Shown: one piece after another, positions 49,160 through 61,200 of the stretch
Layout: every line of letters starts with the position of its first letter
How positions within the stretch are numbered: position 1 is the stretch's first letter
Assembly: GCA_964592815.1 (NCBI GenBank)
Contig: CAZQGE010000001.1
Location: forward strand, 1 to 62,572
Reading direction: 5' to 3'
Source of the DNA: an uncultured Bacteroidaceae bacterium
Lineage (GTDB): Bacteria > Bacillota > Clostridia > Christensenellales > CAG-917
Length of the DNA: 62,572 nucleotides
Notes under the pieces: model-generated
Told to the model about the DNA's origin: nothing
Seen by the model: the letters and a program-made list of their open reading frames with translations, nothing else
The model's database searches: none
Program-made: the position numbers and the translations under genes

Positions 49160-51244
49160 TTATGCAACCTGAGTTTTGTTGCCTTTTAGTTTAGATTTTT
49201 TGACTTCTGGTTTATATATTTCTGGCAACTCCAAATACGTGTACTTGATTTTTGTGCCAAATGGAACAAACACGTGACCGCCACCTTCATAGAATTTTCC
49301 AAAGAATTCGATATATTGCAAACGACAGTTATGCACGTATGCGCCCAAAGTCGAGATGGCAATATTAAACAAATGTCCACCCAAAAAGATTGGTATGCAA
49401 ATTATATAACCAATAAAGCCAACGCCCGCCGCCGTCAACGGATTGATAAGCATACTGCACATCATATTGACAACCATTGCGATAACACCGCCAGACAAAC
49501 CTAAGCCAAATAAACGAGCATAACTCAAAACGTCTGACAAAAGGTTAACACCGTCATACAGCTTTCCGACGCCGCCTAAAACACCAAGCACCTTTTTTGC
49601 ACCTTTTTTGCCTCTTGCGCCAGTCAAAATAAGTAAGAATGCACCTGTCGCCATCATAGCTATGCCAACATATTTTACAATATCGTTTTTAAGGATAAAT
49701 ACGCCCAGAGCCAACACCAAAATACCAAATATAATTGTGTACCAAGTTCCAACTTGACAAAGCGCATCCATAACTCTGTGACGTTTGATAAGGTTTATAG
49801 CATTCAAAAGCATACCGACTAACAAGTGAACAAGTCCAAGTCCAAGACTGACACCCAAGAAAAGCAACGGGCCGTTGCCTTCCAACGGATTTATTAACCT
49901 TAACGTATCCAAGAACGTTCCACCAATTTCCAAGCCAAACCAACCGCCGAAAATTATACCCCAAATAAACGTAGAAATTCCGCCCATTGCAACAATCAAA
50001 AGCAATCTACCCTTTCCAGGAACAGGTTTTTTTATTTTGTACGCCAAAAATCCGCCAATAGCCAAAATCAAGCCATAGGCTGCATCCGCAATCATCATTC
50101 CAAAAAACAGAAAATAGAAGAAAGACATAACGGGGTTAGGGTCAATATCCGTCCAATAGTTTGGAGGGCTATACATATTTGTCACATCTTCATAAGGTTC
50201 AACAATTTTGTTGGAATGCACAAGTGTAGGCACGACTTCTCCTGGTGCGGGTTCACGGAATTCATAAATTATTGCATCCGTTACGCCATCAAGCAATGCC
50301 TTTAATTTTTCCTCATTTTCTTTTGCGTACCAACCTTCCAAAACAAAGCTGCGCTTTGTTGTAACAAACCCGTCCAAAGCGTTAAGTTTTTGAAGCTCAA
50401 CCAAATAATAATCGTAAAGAATCTTCCATTCTTGAATACAATTTTCTTTGACTAAGGCTCTTGTCATAAGTTCTATTTTTTGATTTTCATAAAGTTCAAT
50501 TTTATCTTGCGCCTCATTTATACATTGTTTAGATGTTTTTGGAGACGTATTAGAGTTTTTATTAAAATCTATTTCTTGCAAAGCCGTCATCATTTGCTCT
50601 GCGTTTTCTTTTAAGCAAATTGCAACCACAGGTATAAATTTTGTCCCTTCAAAACTTTCAATTACAGCAAAATCAAGCCTGTCTTTTAATGCGGTTAAAT
50701 CTGCTGACTTTTGAGATGGAACACAACCCAAAACTATTGCCGTTTTTTCTGTATCACGAAATTCTGAATACGGAGTACCAACACTTTCATAAGTTTGGTG
50801 TCCAAGTATTTCACTTTTTAACTTAGATTGTTTTAAGCTAAGTTCAGTTTCCTTTGCCTTAATTTCTTCCAAATCTGAAAGATTGGCAAGCAATTCGACT
50901 TCCTTGTCAGCAATCAACTCAAAGTCTTCATAATTCATTCTTTGAATTGGAGCAGATGACATTTTTAATGGAGTAAACACATACGGCATTGACGTTTTTT
51001 TTGTTTTTTCCGTCAATGCTAATGCATTCTTTTTTTGTTCGCGCAAAAAATCGAACATTTGCGAAATTCTAGAAATACGGTCATTCAGCTGTTCAGCTGA
51101 ACGTGAGTTGTCAAGTCTTTCACCGTTTTCCAAATCTTTGGTCGCGACAATCTCCACCATTTTGCTTTGGTGAAGTTCCTTAAACAACTTATGTCTTAAC
51201 GAACGGTGCGAAATGAGCACCAGTTTTTTCATTTCAACAATCAT
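49160..51244 (-). CDS. ntpI: V-type ATPase subunit I (a-type stator/ion channel)
   Basis: 694 aa. N-terminal cytoplasmic coiled region starting MIVEMKKLVLIS. C-terminal half has about 7-8 TM helices, including YARLFGLGLSGG. Confidence 0.9.
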   Translation of the reverse strand: MIVEMKKLVLISHRSLRHKLFKELHQSKMVEIVATKDLENGERLDNSRSAEQLNDRISRISQMFDFLREQKKNALALTEKTKKTSMPYVFTPLKMSSAPIQRMNYEDFELIADKEVELLANLSDLEEIKAKETELSLKQSKLKSEILGHQTYESVGTPYSEFRDTEKTAIVLGCVPSQKSADLTALKDRLDFAVIESFEGTKFIPVVAICLKENAEQMMTALQEIDFNKNSNTSPKTSKQCINEAQDKIELYENQKIELMTRALVKENCIQEWKILYDYYLVELQKLNALDGFVTTKRSFVLEGWYAKENEEKLKALLDGVTDAIIYEFREPAPGEVVPTLVHSNKIVEPYEDVTNMYSPPNYWTDIDPNPVMSFFYFLFFGMMIADAAYGLILAIGGFLAYKIKKPVPGKGRLLLIVAMGGISTFIWGIIFGGWFGLEIGGTFLDTLRLINPLEGNGPLLFLGVSLGLGLVHLLVGMLLNAINLIKRHRVMDALCQVGTWYTIIFGILVLALGVFILKNDIVKYVGIAMMATGAFLLILTGARGKKGAKKVLGVLGGVGKLYDGVNLLSDVLSYARLFGLGLSGGVIAMVVNMMCSMLINPLTAAGVGFIGYIICIPIFLGGHLFNIAISTLGAYVHNCRLQYIEFFGKFYEGGGHVFVPFGTKIKYTYLELPEIYKPEVKKSKLKGNKTQVA

Positions 51245-51245
51245 A

Positions 51246-51563
51246 TCAGTATTTCTCTATCATCATTTTAACTATTTTGTCGGAAACAGCATCGATAACA
51301 GCTTTTTTGCTTTCAACAAGTATTGCTGCATCTCTCTCACCGTCAGCAAGAATTTTTGTGCGGCGTTCAAGTGCTTTTTTCTCAGCTTTAATTTGAGCCT
51401 CTTTCAAGTCAGCTTTACATTCCGCAATAGTCGCTTTTTTTTGTCTTTCAGCTTCTGTTTCGGCACGCAAAACAATGTCTTTCCCTTGAATATATGCCTC
51501 TTTTTGCAGCTGTTCAGCCTGCTCTTCGCATTCTTTGATTTCCTTCAAAATTTCGTCAATCAT
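51246..51563 (-). CDS. ntpF: V-type ATPase small peripheral-stalk subunit (G/H-like; NtpF in E. hirae nomenclature)
   Basis: 105 aa from ATG 51563, which follows an AGAGGAAAT RBS. Single long charged helix (EEQAEQLQKEAYIQGKDIVLRAETEAERQKK). The ORF-track extension would overlap rpiB. Confidence 0.75.
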   Translation of the reverse strand: MIDEILKEIKECEEQAEQLQKEAYIQGKDIVLRAETEAERQKKATIAECKADLKEAQIKAEKKALERRTKILADGERDAAILVESKKAVIDAVSDKIVKMMIEKY

Positions 51564-51570
51564 ATTTCCT

Positions 51571-52023
51571 CTACTTAAAATATTTATTTTCGATGTCGGC
51601 AATCATATCCAAACGTTTTTGGTGTCTTCCACCTTCGTATTCTGCTTCATACCAAGCCGTAACAATATCTGCGGCTTCCTGTGGAGAAACTACTCTTCCG
51701 CCCAAAGCGATTATATTTGCATTGTTATGATTTTTTGTAAGTTGAGCCATATAAGTATTTGTGCAAACAGCTGCTCTTATGCCCTTAACTTTGTTGGCAG
51801 AAATTGAAATGCCAATTCCTGTACCGCACATCAAAACACCAGCGTCACATTGACCTGATGCAACTGCTTCCGCAACTTTAAGTCCATAAACTGGATAATC
51901 AACAGATTGAGTATCAAACGTGCCAAAATCAACAACCTCAGCTCCCAATTTTTTCAAGGTAGCAACGACGCTATCTTTCAAAACAATTCCACCATGGTCA
52001 CACCCTAATGCAATCTTACTCAT
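51571..52023 (-). CDS. rpiB: Ribose-5-phosphate isomerase B
   Basis: MSKIALGCDHGG ... LMCGTGIGISISANK ... RH. Start at ATG 52023 after an AAGGAG RBS. Confidence 0.9.
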   Translation of the reverse strand: MSKIALGCDHGGIVLKDSVVATLKKLGAEVVDFGTFDTQSVDYPVYGLKVAEAVASGQCDAGVLMCGTGIGISISANKVKGIRAAVCTNTYMAQLTKNHNNANIIALGGRVVSPQEAADIVTAWYEAEYEGGRHQKRLDMIADIENKYFK

Positions 52024-52053
52024 CACAATCTCCTTAACCTATATTTGTTAAAT

Positions 52054-52082
52054 ATTATACTATATAACCCTACTGTTTGCAA
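52054..52082 (-). promoter_or_regulatory. Putative sigma-A promoter of rpiB and the V-ATPase operon
   Basis: On the minus strand: TTGCAA (52082-52077), 17 nt, TATAAT (52059-52054). Confidence 0.5.
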
Positions 52083-52162
52083 GGAGATTTTTTATTAGAT
52101 AATTTTTTATCGTTATTTTAATATTTAACATACCCTAACTCTTTTTTATAAAAAAATATATT

Positions 52163-52191
52163 AAAAATCGACAGAAAAACTGTCGATTTTT
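52163..52191 (-). terminator. Rho-independent terminator of the giant surface protein gene
   Basis: aaaaatcgacag / aaaaa / ctgtcgattttt. Symmetric, with A and T flanks on both sides. Confidence 0.75.
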
Positions 52192-52216
52192 AATATATTT
52201 TGTTTTAGCTTAGCTG

Positions 52217-55200
52217 TTATTTTTTCTCTTCTTCTGCTGAAATTTCTTGTGCGTTTATTTGCATATTATCTGCACTTGAGTTTTCAGCTTCAAAAAAGTT
52301 GTTAACAGCTTGATTTGGAGCATTTGAAGCAACTTGTGCTTTCAATTTTTTCTTCTTGCTCATTGCAACACCGACACCAACGCCAACACCTGACAACATC
52401 AACAAACCAACAATAACAATCAATGCAATCGCCCAAATTGGCAAACCGCCTTGTTCTTTTATAAAAATTAAGTTTGCGATATAGTCTGCTGAATAGTAGA
52501 TGTAACCGTTTGCAGAATTATAATTTTGAAGTTTTTCAAGTTGACCTTCTTTGTTGACGAAATAAACTTCAACACCAGACAAGCTATCCAAATTGCTTGG
52601 CAACGCAACTTTCATTGACAATGCCGTTCCGTTTTCAGTTACGGTTTGATTGTTGTTTGAAACTTTAATTTCAACAACTGCCGCCAACGTTGAATTCGGA
52701 TTAGATTTTTGCATTTGGTTTACATATTGTGCAAGTTGTTTCCAATACAAATCTTCAAACATTGATTTGCCGCCGTCTATGATTTCTTTATAGGACAAAT
52801 TGGTTGCAATCAAAACTTTGTTTTCGCCCGACTCGATTGTAACCTTGTCGTTTGTGGAACTCAGTTTCTTTTTGCCTACTGCAAACGTGCCTTCTGCGCT
52901 CTTGTCACCATTCATAATAATGTAGTTATAATCAATGTTGCCAGATTTGCTTGCCATAACAGCGTAGCTATATTTGCCAACTTTTTCAATGACTGTTGAT
53001 GAATAAGTTTGGTCACCACCGCCCTTATAGAAGCATTGAACGTTTGCGCCTTCCAACATAGTTGCTGTTGTACCCTTTGTGGTATCAGCTGCAAAGGTAA
53101 CGTAATTTTTGTTTGCTTCAAACGCTTGTTCTGCGATTGCGCTAACAGAAACATAAAGTTTGATTGGAGAAATGTAGAAATAATTTTGGTTTGCAACCTC
53201 ACTTACAAAGTTGCCAATTTCAACGTTATTTCCGTCCTTTTGAGGTTTATATTCCAAAATTATTTTGTATCTGCCAGCATTAAGCATCTTGTTTACGTTT
53301 ACAAACGTAGATGCCGAGTTAACTTGCCATTGATATTTTACTGAAATTTTCTCCGGGTTCAACAATCCAGCAACGACACTCAAATAATAGTTCCTGTAAT
53401 CAGCGTCGCTTTGAAGCAACTCTTTGTTAGCAAAGTTAAAGTTTACGTCGTTATATGCAAACGGAACTTCACTCAAAGCGGGGTTAAACACAAGGTCAGC
53501 ACTTTGTGTAAAAGACATACCGAGCGTAGCTTTGTTTATTGTAAGAGAACCTTCGCCAATTTTGTTTCCAATATAAGTTGGGTTTTGATTGTAGAAAACA
53601 AGCAAATCTTTAGCAAGGTCAGCATTTGTCAAAGCAAGGTCTTGCATATTTTTGTACTTTGCAAAAACTCTAATCATATAAGAGCCAGCATCTCTGATAA
53701 GGGTTGAAGGGGTTGTATCCCAATTTGTAACCGTGCCACTCTTAGTACCCAAATAGTAGATGAAATCATACATACTCAAATCGCCTTTAACAACGCTTTG
53801 AATTTTGTTTGATGCATCGTAGGTTACTGTTGAAGAGCTGACTGCAAGGTTCTTTATTGACGGTTCGTTGACTGTCAACACCGCTTTCTTGAAATCTTCA
53901 GAACCAACTGCAAAACGGAGTTGCAATGTGTAGTTTGAATCAGCAGCAAGAGCATTTTCAACGTTCAAAATATCAATCGCATAAATCAATTTATCAGTTT
54001 CGCTGTAAGAATTCTTGTCATACCAAGCATTTCTTGTTACGTTAAATACTCTGAAAACTGCATACGGCATATTTTGGAAAATATTTCTTTCTCCGTTTTT
54101 GCGACCTTCTTCATTAGATGTGATTGCGCCGCTAAATGCCAAGTCAATTTGCGGATTTGCTTCGCCAACTTTTTTGATATAACTCATTGCATAAACATAT
54201 AACGGAGCTTTTTCAATTTGGAAAGCAGCCGTTGCGTCGCTTGTTGATGCCAACATAAACTTAAAGTTGGTTGACGAACTGTCTTTAAGTTCCTTTGTCA
54301 AAGCGTCATAAGACAACGTGTATGAATACGTATTTTTGAATGACGAGAAATTGTTTGCCGTGCTCTTTCCAACAGGCAAAGTAAAGTTGCCGTCCAATGG
54401 TCTTTGCAAATCAGCAGCCCCGTCTAATTTTGCAAAATAAAGTTTTCCATCTTTTTCAACAACTTTTTCGCCTTTATATGAATAAGAAAGTTTTGCAAAA
54501 GTATGTTTACTTACTTCGCCATAAACGCAGCTATCTGCTTCAGCTTTGACCAAAATGCTTGCTTTTTCAATACGAGCAGCAACTTTCTTTGTTGAGCGTA
54601 CAAACTCATAGTTGTCCTTATCTGCGCCGCTAACAGGGGTTGTTGCGTTATCTTCAACGACAAACACAACGTAAGTTGAGCCAGCAGACGTGTTTTCAAA
54701 ATAACCCTTTGTATTTGTGCTCAATTTCAAATCTACGTCATCACCAGCTATTATGCCGTTAACTCCACTCAAATCTACGGTAAAATCTGTGCCGTAAACG
54801 CCTTCAAACTTGTTTGTTCCGTCGTAAACTTTGACGTATTTGCCTGTTTCAGCTGTATAGGAAGCCTGAGGCGTAACAGTAACTTGTTTAGGAACAATCT
54901 TAGCTGTAACCTCCCCCAAAACAATTTGATAGTTTACAACGCCTGAGAATTGGCTGTTTTGAAGTTCCAAACCTTCAAAAGTTACACCAGTCTTAGAAAC
55001 AACTTTTTTATTCTCGTCTCTTTGAACGTTTTTATCAGGATAAATAACTCTTTTAACTTTGACACTTGTGTAGTACAAAGCGTCGTCGCCATAGAATATT
55101 TGTTGTTCGCCGTCTGCTTTAACAAAAGTAGGAGCAACAAAGTTTGGTGACATTGTATTTGTTCCGTCGTATGTTTTGTCTGGAACACGAATGTCAATTT

Positions 55201-58200
55201 TTACTTTTCTTTGTTCAATCTTGGCAGACAAACTTGATATTCCACCTAATGACAAATCATAGTTGCTACGATAATCAATTTCAGAATTTGTTTTATTTTT
55301 CAATACTGTACCGCTGCCAAAGATTATATCTACGTTTTCACCAACGTTTACCGAACTGAATTTGGCATCGAAAACAATTTCAACTTCTGAATTCAATATT
55401 CCACCGTCACCATTAAGTTTAATGTCAACTTTGTTTGTGCCATCATAAACTTTTCCAGGTGTTGTGCCATCATAAGTGTTTGCGCTGACTTTGATGTCTG
55501 AATTGGTTAAATATATTTCCTTTGGTTTTAGCGTTGCATGGTTAAGCATTTCAAACTTATCAACAATCATATTTGGAACAAGCGTGCCGTATTGGTGCAA
55601 GTTGTTAAGTGAAACATATTTACCATTTTCGTAAACGTAACCGTCAATTTCATAGTTGGCAAGAATGTCAGCTGACAATGCGCTAACTTTGAAATTTTTG
55701 AACATAACGTTGTGTTTAATCAATCTACCGTCTTCATCATAAGCAACGTTTGCATTGTTTAATCCCTTTGCTGAATACGAAATATCTGACAAACTTACGT
55801 CAAACGTAATATCAGTAACTACAACGTTATTATCTTGTCTTATAAATTGTTTTTGCGCGCCTATAACGCAATCGTTGCTTCCAATCAAAGCTGAACCATT
55901 GTATTGTTTTTGTGAATTAAACACAATGTCAGGTCTAATTTTTGCTTTGCTTATTGATGCAACCAAACTATTTTCATAATATGATGCAATGTCAGCAATA
56001 TCAATGTCAAAGTAGTCGTTTGCATAGGCTGCTCCGTCCACCGTAAAGTTGTTTCTATCAATGCGTATATTTCTTGGTATTGCATTTCCATTGACGTCCG
56101 TTGCGCAAACCAACGACGTATCGGTGCCGCTTGCGTCAACAGAATATGCTTTGAATTTTAAGCCTAAGTTTTCAGCATTCAAAGTTGGAACTATTCCCTT
56201 AACAATGTTTGCAATATTATAGACGTCTTCAACAAACGCAAAACTCAAATTGATATTTGTCGTTCTGTCGTATTGTTTGTCAATCGCATTGAAACTAAGG
56301 AAATCTGTATGGTCAATTTTGACTTTTGAAATTATAGCTTTTTTGTCTTTTAACGTAATATAGATGCCTTGACCTTTAACTTTTTCAACTTTCACGTTTC
56401 CAATAAAATTAAAGTCGTCAACGTTTGCGGTAGGAATAAATATTTTAATTTCATCAATTTTATGGAAGTTTGAAACCTCAGCTGTTGGGAATGCGGGTTT
56501 TGTTCCGTTTGCAAGTTCAGAAATTTTGTAATTCATATATGCAAAAGGTGAGTCCGCTGGGAAATAAACGTTTGAGGGTGACAAACTTGAATTGCCGTCA
56601 AATTCCTTCTTGATAACGATGTCAAAATCGTTCAAGTTTAAGGTAGATATATATATAGATACATACTTATATTTAATATCTAATGAAAGAGCAACTTCTT
56701 GACCTAGTGAGTTAACAAGTTTTATCTTGTAATTTTTGCCGTCTTTACCAAGCAAATTAAAGTTTGATGCGATAACAAAACGCACGTCTGATACCGTGGG
56801 GGCATCATAACGCAAATCAAAAGTAATTTGTACGTCGTCGGCTGCATTAACTTTCTTTCCGTTTATGTCCAACACTTCAGAGTAATTGTTAAAGTAATAT
56901 GCAGCTGTTCCATCATATTGCTTGTTGCTTACCTTGAAATCGCTTTCATTTATGGTTAAGGTTGCTTGCGTAACTTTGAACCTAACGTCTTGCGCCTTAA
57001 GTCCGCCTACAATTTCAACTTGACCTTGACTTGAACTTGTAACGTATCTCTTTCCAATTTCGGTTGTTGCAACGTAAACAAATTCATAGTTGGGGTCTTC
57101 GCTGACAAATTTTTCAGCAACATAAATTCCGTAATAGCTACCGTCAGGCAAATAGCCGTTGACACCTGTTACATCGTCATAAATATTTGCCAAACGGACA
57201 AAATTGCCGTTTGCGTCAAACAATGCTCTTACAAAACGTCCTGCCGTTGGATTTGAACTTGTTTCTGATTGATAAGACAAAACAAAATCGTCAGACCCGT
57301 AAACTCTCGACAAGAAATCAATGTTTGCATTGCTTGCATCTGTTAAACTTTCAACCTTAACGTCAACAACAGGATTGATTGCAATTTTTAGAGGTTCAAC
57401 TTTTACCTCAAAATTAGAAGCAAATACTTTTATGCCATCTTGTTGTAGGTTATTTTTCAAAATTTGGTTTTGTGCCACGTTTTGGAACGTCATAACGTAC
57501 GAGCCAACCTTTGCATATTGTGAAGGCATAGCACCGTCTGGCAAGGCTTGGAATTTGGCAGTTATCGAATAGGAATAAAGTGTCAAATCCATTTGAATTC
57601 CGTTTTGGAAACCTTTAATTTCAAAGTAATCAGCAAAGTTAAAGCTCAATGAATTTGCCAAAGCATTTTCTGAAAGAAGATAATTCCTGCTCCATTCAAA
57701 AGTTTTATATTGGAAAGAGGGAACTTGCTTTTGGTTGAAGAACAAAATCGTTTCTTCTGCTCCGCCTTGAATATTTTGAACTGTCAAAACAGGGGTTCCG
57801 CTTATAGGATTGCAAGCAAAGTTTTTGTTTTCGCTTATAATTTCGACAACTTTATATTCGTTAACATTTAAGCCTGCAACAATCTTGAACCTTAAACCGT
57901 CTATCTTGCCTGCAGAATTAAGCAACACACTATTCAAAGAGTCAACGGTATAATAAAGATTTTTGCTTTCTTCTAGTGTCAAAATATAATTACCACCAGT
58001 CAAAACAAAAGGTAAATTGCGAATTATAAGTTGGTTTGCAAGCGTAATATCAACGCCTGTTCTTTGTTTAATTGTGAAAGATGGTTGAGCAATAACTGCG
58101 TAGCTTACAGAATAGTTTTCATCAGTAACAAACATTGAGTTGTCAAGCGCAAAAGAGTATGTGCCAACTTCTTCACCTTGTCTGCGAACAATGCAACCGT

Positions 58201-61200
58201 TTGTGTCTTCATAAATTACGTAGTTTCCGTCAACTTTATAGAATTTTGCGTTTTTGAATGCTTTACCATATTCTTCTTGTGTCTTGACAGCAAAGCTCTC
58301 CAAATCTACTGCAAAGTAGAAAGTTGGGTCCGTGTCAAAATAGAGTTTGCTCATTGCGTTTATGGTAGTATCTTGGTCGTTAACAGCCTTAATCTTCAAA
58401 TCTTTTGGACGTATTGTATGTTCTGCGCTGACAAAAATTACATCATATTTCATTTCATAGCCAGACGCGCCTACAGATTGATTTGAAAATAGCATAGTCG
58501 GATTTTCTTTAATCAAATATTTGCCAACTACCAATTTGTTGTAATCTGCAATTTGCTTATTGGTATCCAAAATTAAACTGTTGTTTGCAAATATCAAATT
58601 CAACTTGTTGCCTTCAAGGTCGTAAACATCATAACCGAGAAGCGTAGCTCCAATTGCTGTTGACGATGCAATATTTTGACCGTAATCACTAAAACTGTAT
58701 TTTGCAACAACTTTAATTTTTGGTTTTTCAATAATGAAAATTACGTTTTCAAATTTTTTGTCAGAAACATAGTACAAGTTATCTTCATTGAAGAATGCGC
58801 TAGCATAGAACGTCCCTGTGTTCATTGGTTTGCCGTCAATGCTGGCATTTTTGTCGTCTTTATAAGTTAAACTCAATCCGTTTTCGCCCAATGCTAATTG
58901 GTCTGAAATAAACAACGGTACATCTGTTCCGCCAAGTTTATAAGTAGCTTTTACCGTATCGTGATTTTGTGCGTCTTTGTAAAGTCCAGAAATACCAAAA
59001 TCGATATATTTTCTAAATTTCAAAGTAAAGTCTAAACTGTTGCCAATTTGCAAATTCGCAATGGATTCATTGTCCAAAAGCAAAGTAATTTTTTGATTTG
59101 CTTCATCAAAGGTAAACACTTGACTTTCTTGTGCAATTTCTGAGATGTTTGTTGTTGGGGCAAAAACTTTGTTTGTAGTTTTGTTTTCAAACAACACCAA
59201 ATCTGCGCCAGAAGCAACTTTATTTCTTCCCAAGAGTTGATAAGGAACGTAGCTTCCTGAAAAATTGAACTTAAACTCAATTTTGTCACCACGTTTGAAA
59301 ACGTCTTTTCTTACTGTTTTGCCGCTATCTGTAAGGTAAAATTCAACGCCAGAATTTGTAAAATATGAATTATCCAAATTTGCATTGACAGCATATTGAG
59401 TGCTATCAACCAAAACGTTAAACGTTTGCACGTTGCTTATGTTACCTGCTTGGTCAACAGCCCAAGCGTAAATATTTCTTACGCCTGCGCCATATTTAGC
59501 CGTCAACAAGTCTAATGAAATTTTTCCTTTTCCATTCATAGTAGAAATTGAATATGCAGAAGAATTCAACTCCTTAAACTTAGATGAAATTGCATCAAAA
59601 GCAAGTTGATAAGAACCATACGACATTATTGACGCAAGAAAATCGTCTTGCGCATCTGCAACCTTGTCTTTGGCAACAACTGCAAAATACACCCTAATTT
59701 TTTCAGGATAATCTTCCGCGTGTTCTTCGTCAAATGAAATGTCGAATTCTCCTTGAGTTGACGTATACCATTTTCTGAGTCCTAATTTAAGGTTAGCTAT
59801 AAATGCGTCGTTTGCAAGTCCAAAATTGAAATAATCGCCATTGTTTGCCTCTTGAAGCACAGGCGTCATTGGAGCATTTTGGTCAATTCTGATTTTAATA
59901 CCGCTTGTCAATTTTTTGTTTTCAATCTCTTTCCATTGATAAGCCGCGTCGTTATAAGTCAAATTAGTTGATGTAGAGTCAACACCAACGCCAACGGTAA
60001 ATTTTGCAACAAAGTCAAAGTTTTCAAAAATTGAACCACCAGCAGTTATATTTCCGTAACTGAACTTAATGCTATCAATATCTGGCAAATATTCAACCGT
60101 CATATCTGGGAGATTAAACTTTGTTGAATTTATTTTTGTTATGTTAAATTTGGCTAGTTCGTTGGTATTGTTAAAATCAATGCTGTCAACAGAAACGATA
60201 ACACCGTCTTTTATAACCAAAATATGGTTTTTATCAACGCCGTTGAACAAGACAAAGTTACCAGAATATGAACGCAAACTATTGTATACGTTTCCAACTT
60301 TTTGTTGTATTGCCAAAGTTAAGTCAAAACCGTTATGCGCCCAAACTTCACCAGTTACTTTCTGATTAAAATAGCTTGTAGGAGCATTGGACGTAATTTC
60401 ATAGCTTGGGTTCACGTAGTCCACGTTAATGTAATAGGTAATAGGCGTCGCAATATGTCCCGCCAAATCTAATGCATAGAAAGTAAAGGCATATCTGCCA
60501 ACGCCTGTAACACCCGAATTGTAATCGGCTGACGTTGTAAATTTGCCTGTTGTAAAGTCATAACCTAACTTAACAAATGCTTTATTATCCTGAATTTTTA
60601 GGTACGTTGCATTGTCGATTATAGATTGAACGTTGTTGTAAATTGTCGGAGATGCAATGTTTTTTTCAACTTTGCAGAACCAAAGATATTTTGAGTTTCC
60701 GCGTTCAGTCGTAATATCAACGTTATCTGTCATAGCTGTGTGGAAACTAGAGGTATTAAACCAAGTTGACAGCGCAGAAGTTGACATATATTTGGATAGT
60801 TCCGTTCCCGCCAAATCAAGAGATACGTTGTTAGGTGTTGCAAGGTCGATACCGTCAACTGCAATAGTTTGGAACAACTTTGTTTGGTCGTTCAAACCAT
60901 AGTCGCTGACAACAACACTAACAGTAGTGTTTGTGTAGAAATAAACGTCAACTTTCCATCTGACACGCGAACCGCCAACAGAAGAAACCTTAGCTCTTCC
61001 TACCACCGTGCCTCCAACGGTAAAGTCCTTTTCAATAATCTGTGTGCTGTAAGTAAAGTCAGAATTACAACGTTCGTAACAGTTGAATGTTGTGTCACCA
61101 ATCTTGATAGTCTTCACACCAGACGAGAACGTGTCGTAGTTGTTGAGAACAGTACAGCCTTGATAGCCGTACAAATCAAGGAACGTGGCAGAATACGTCT

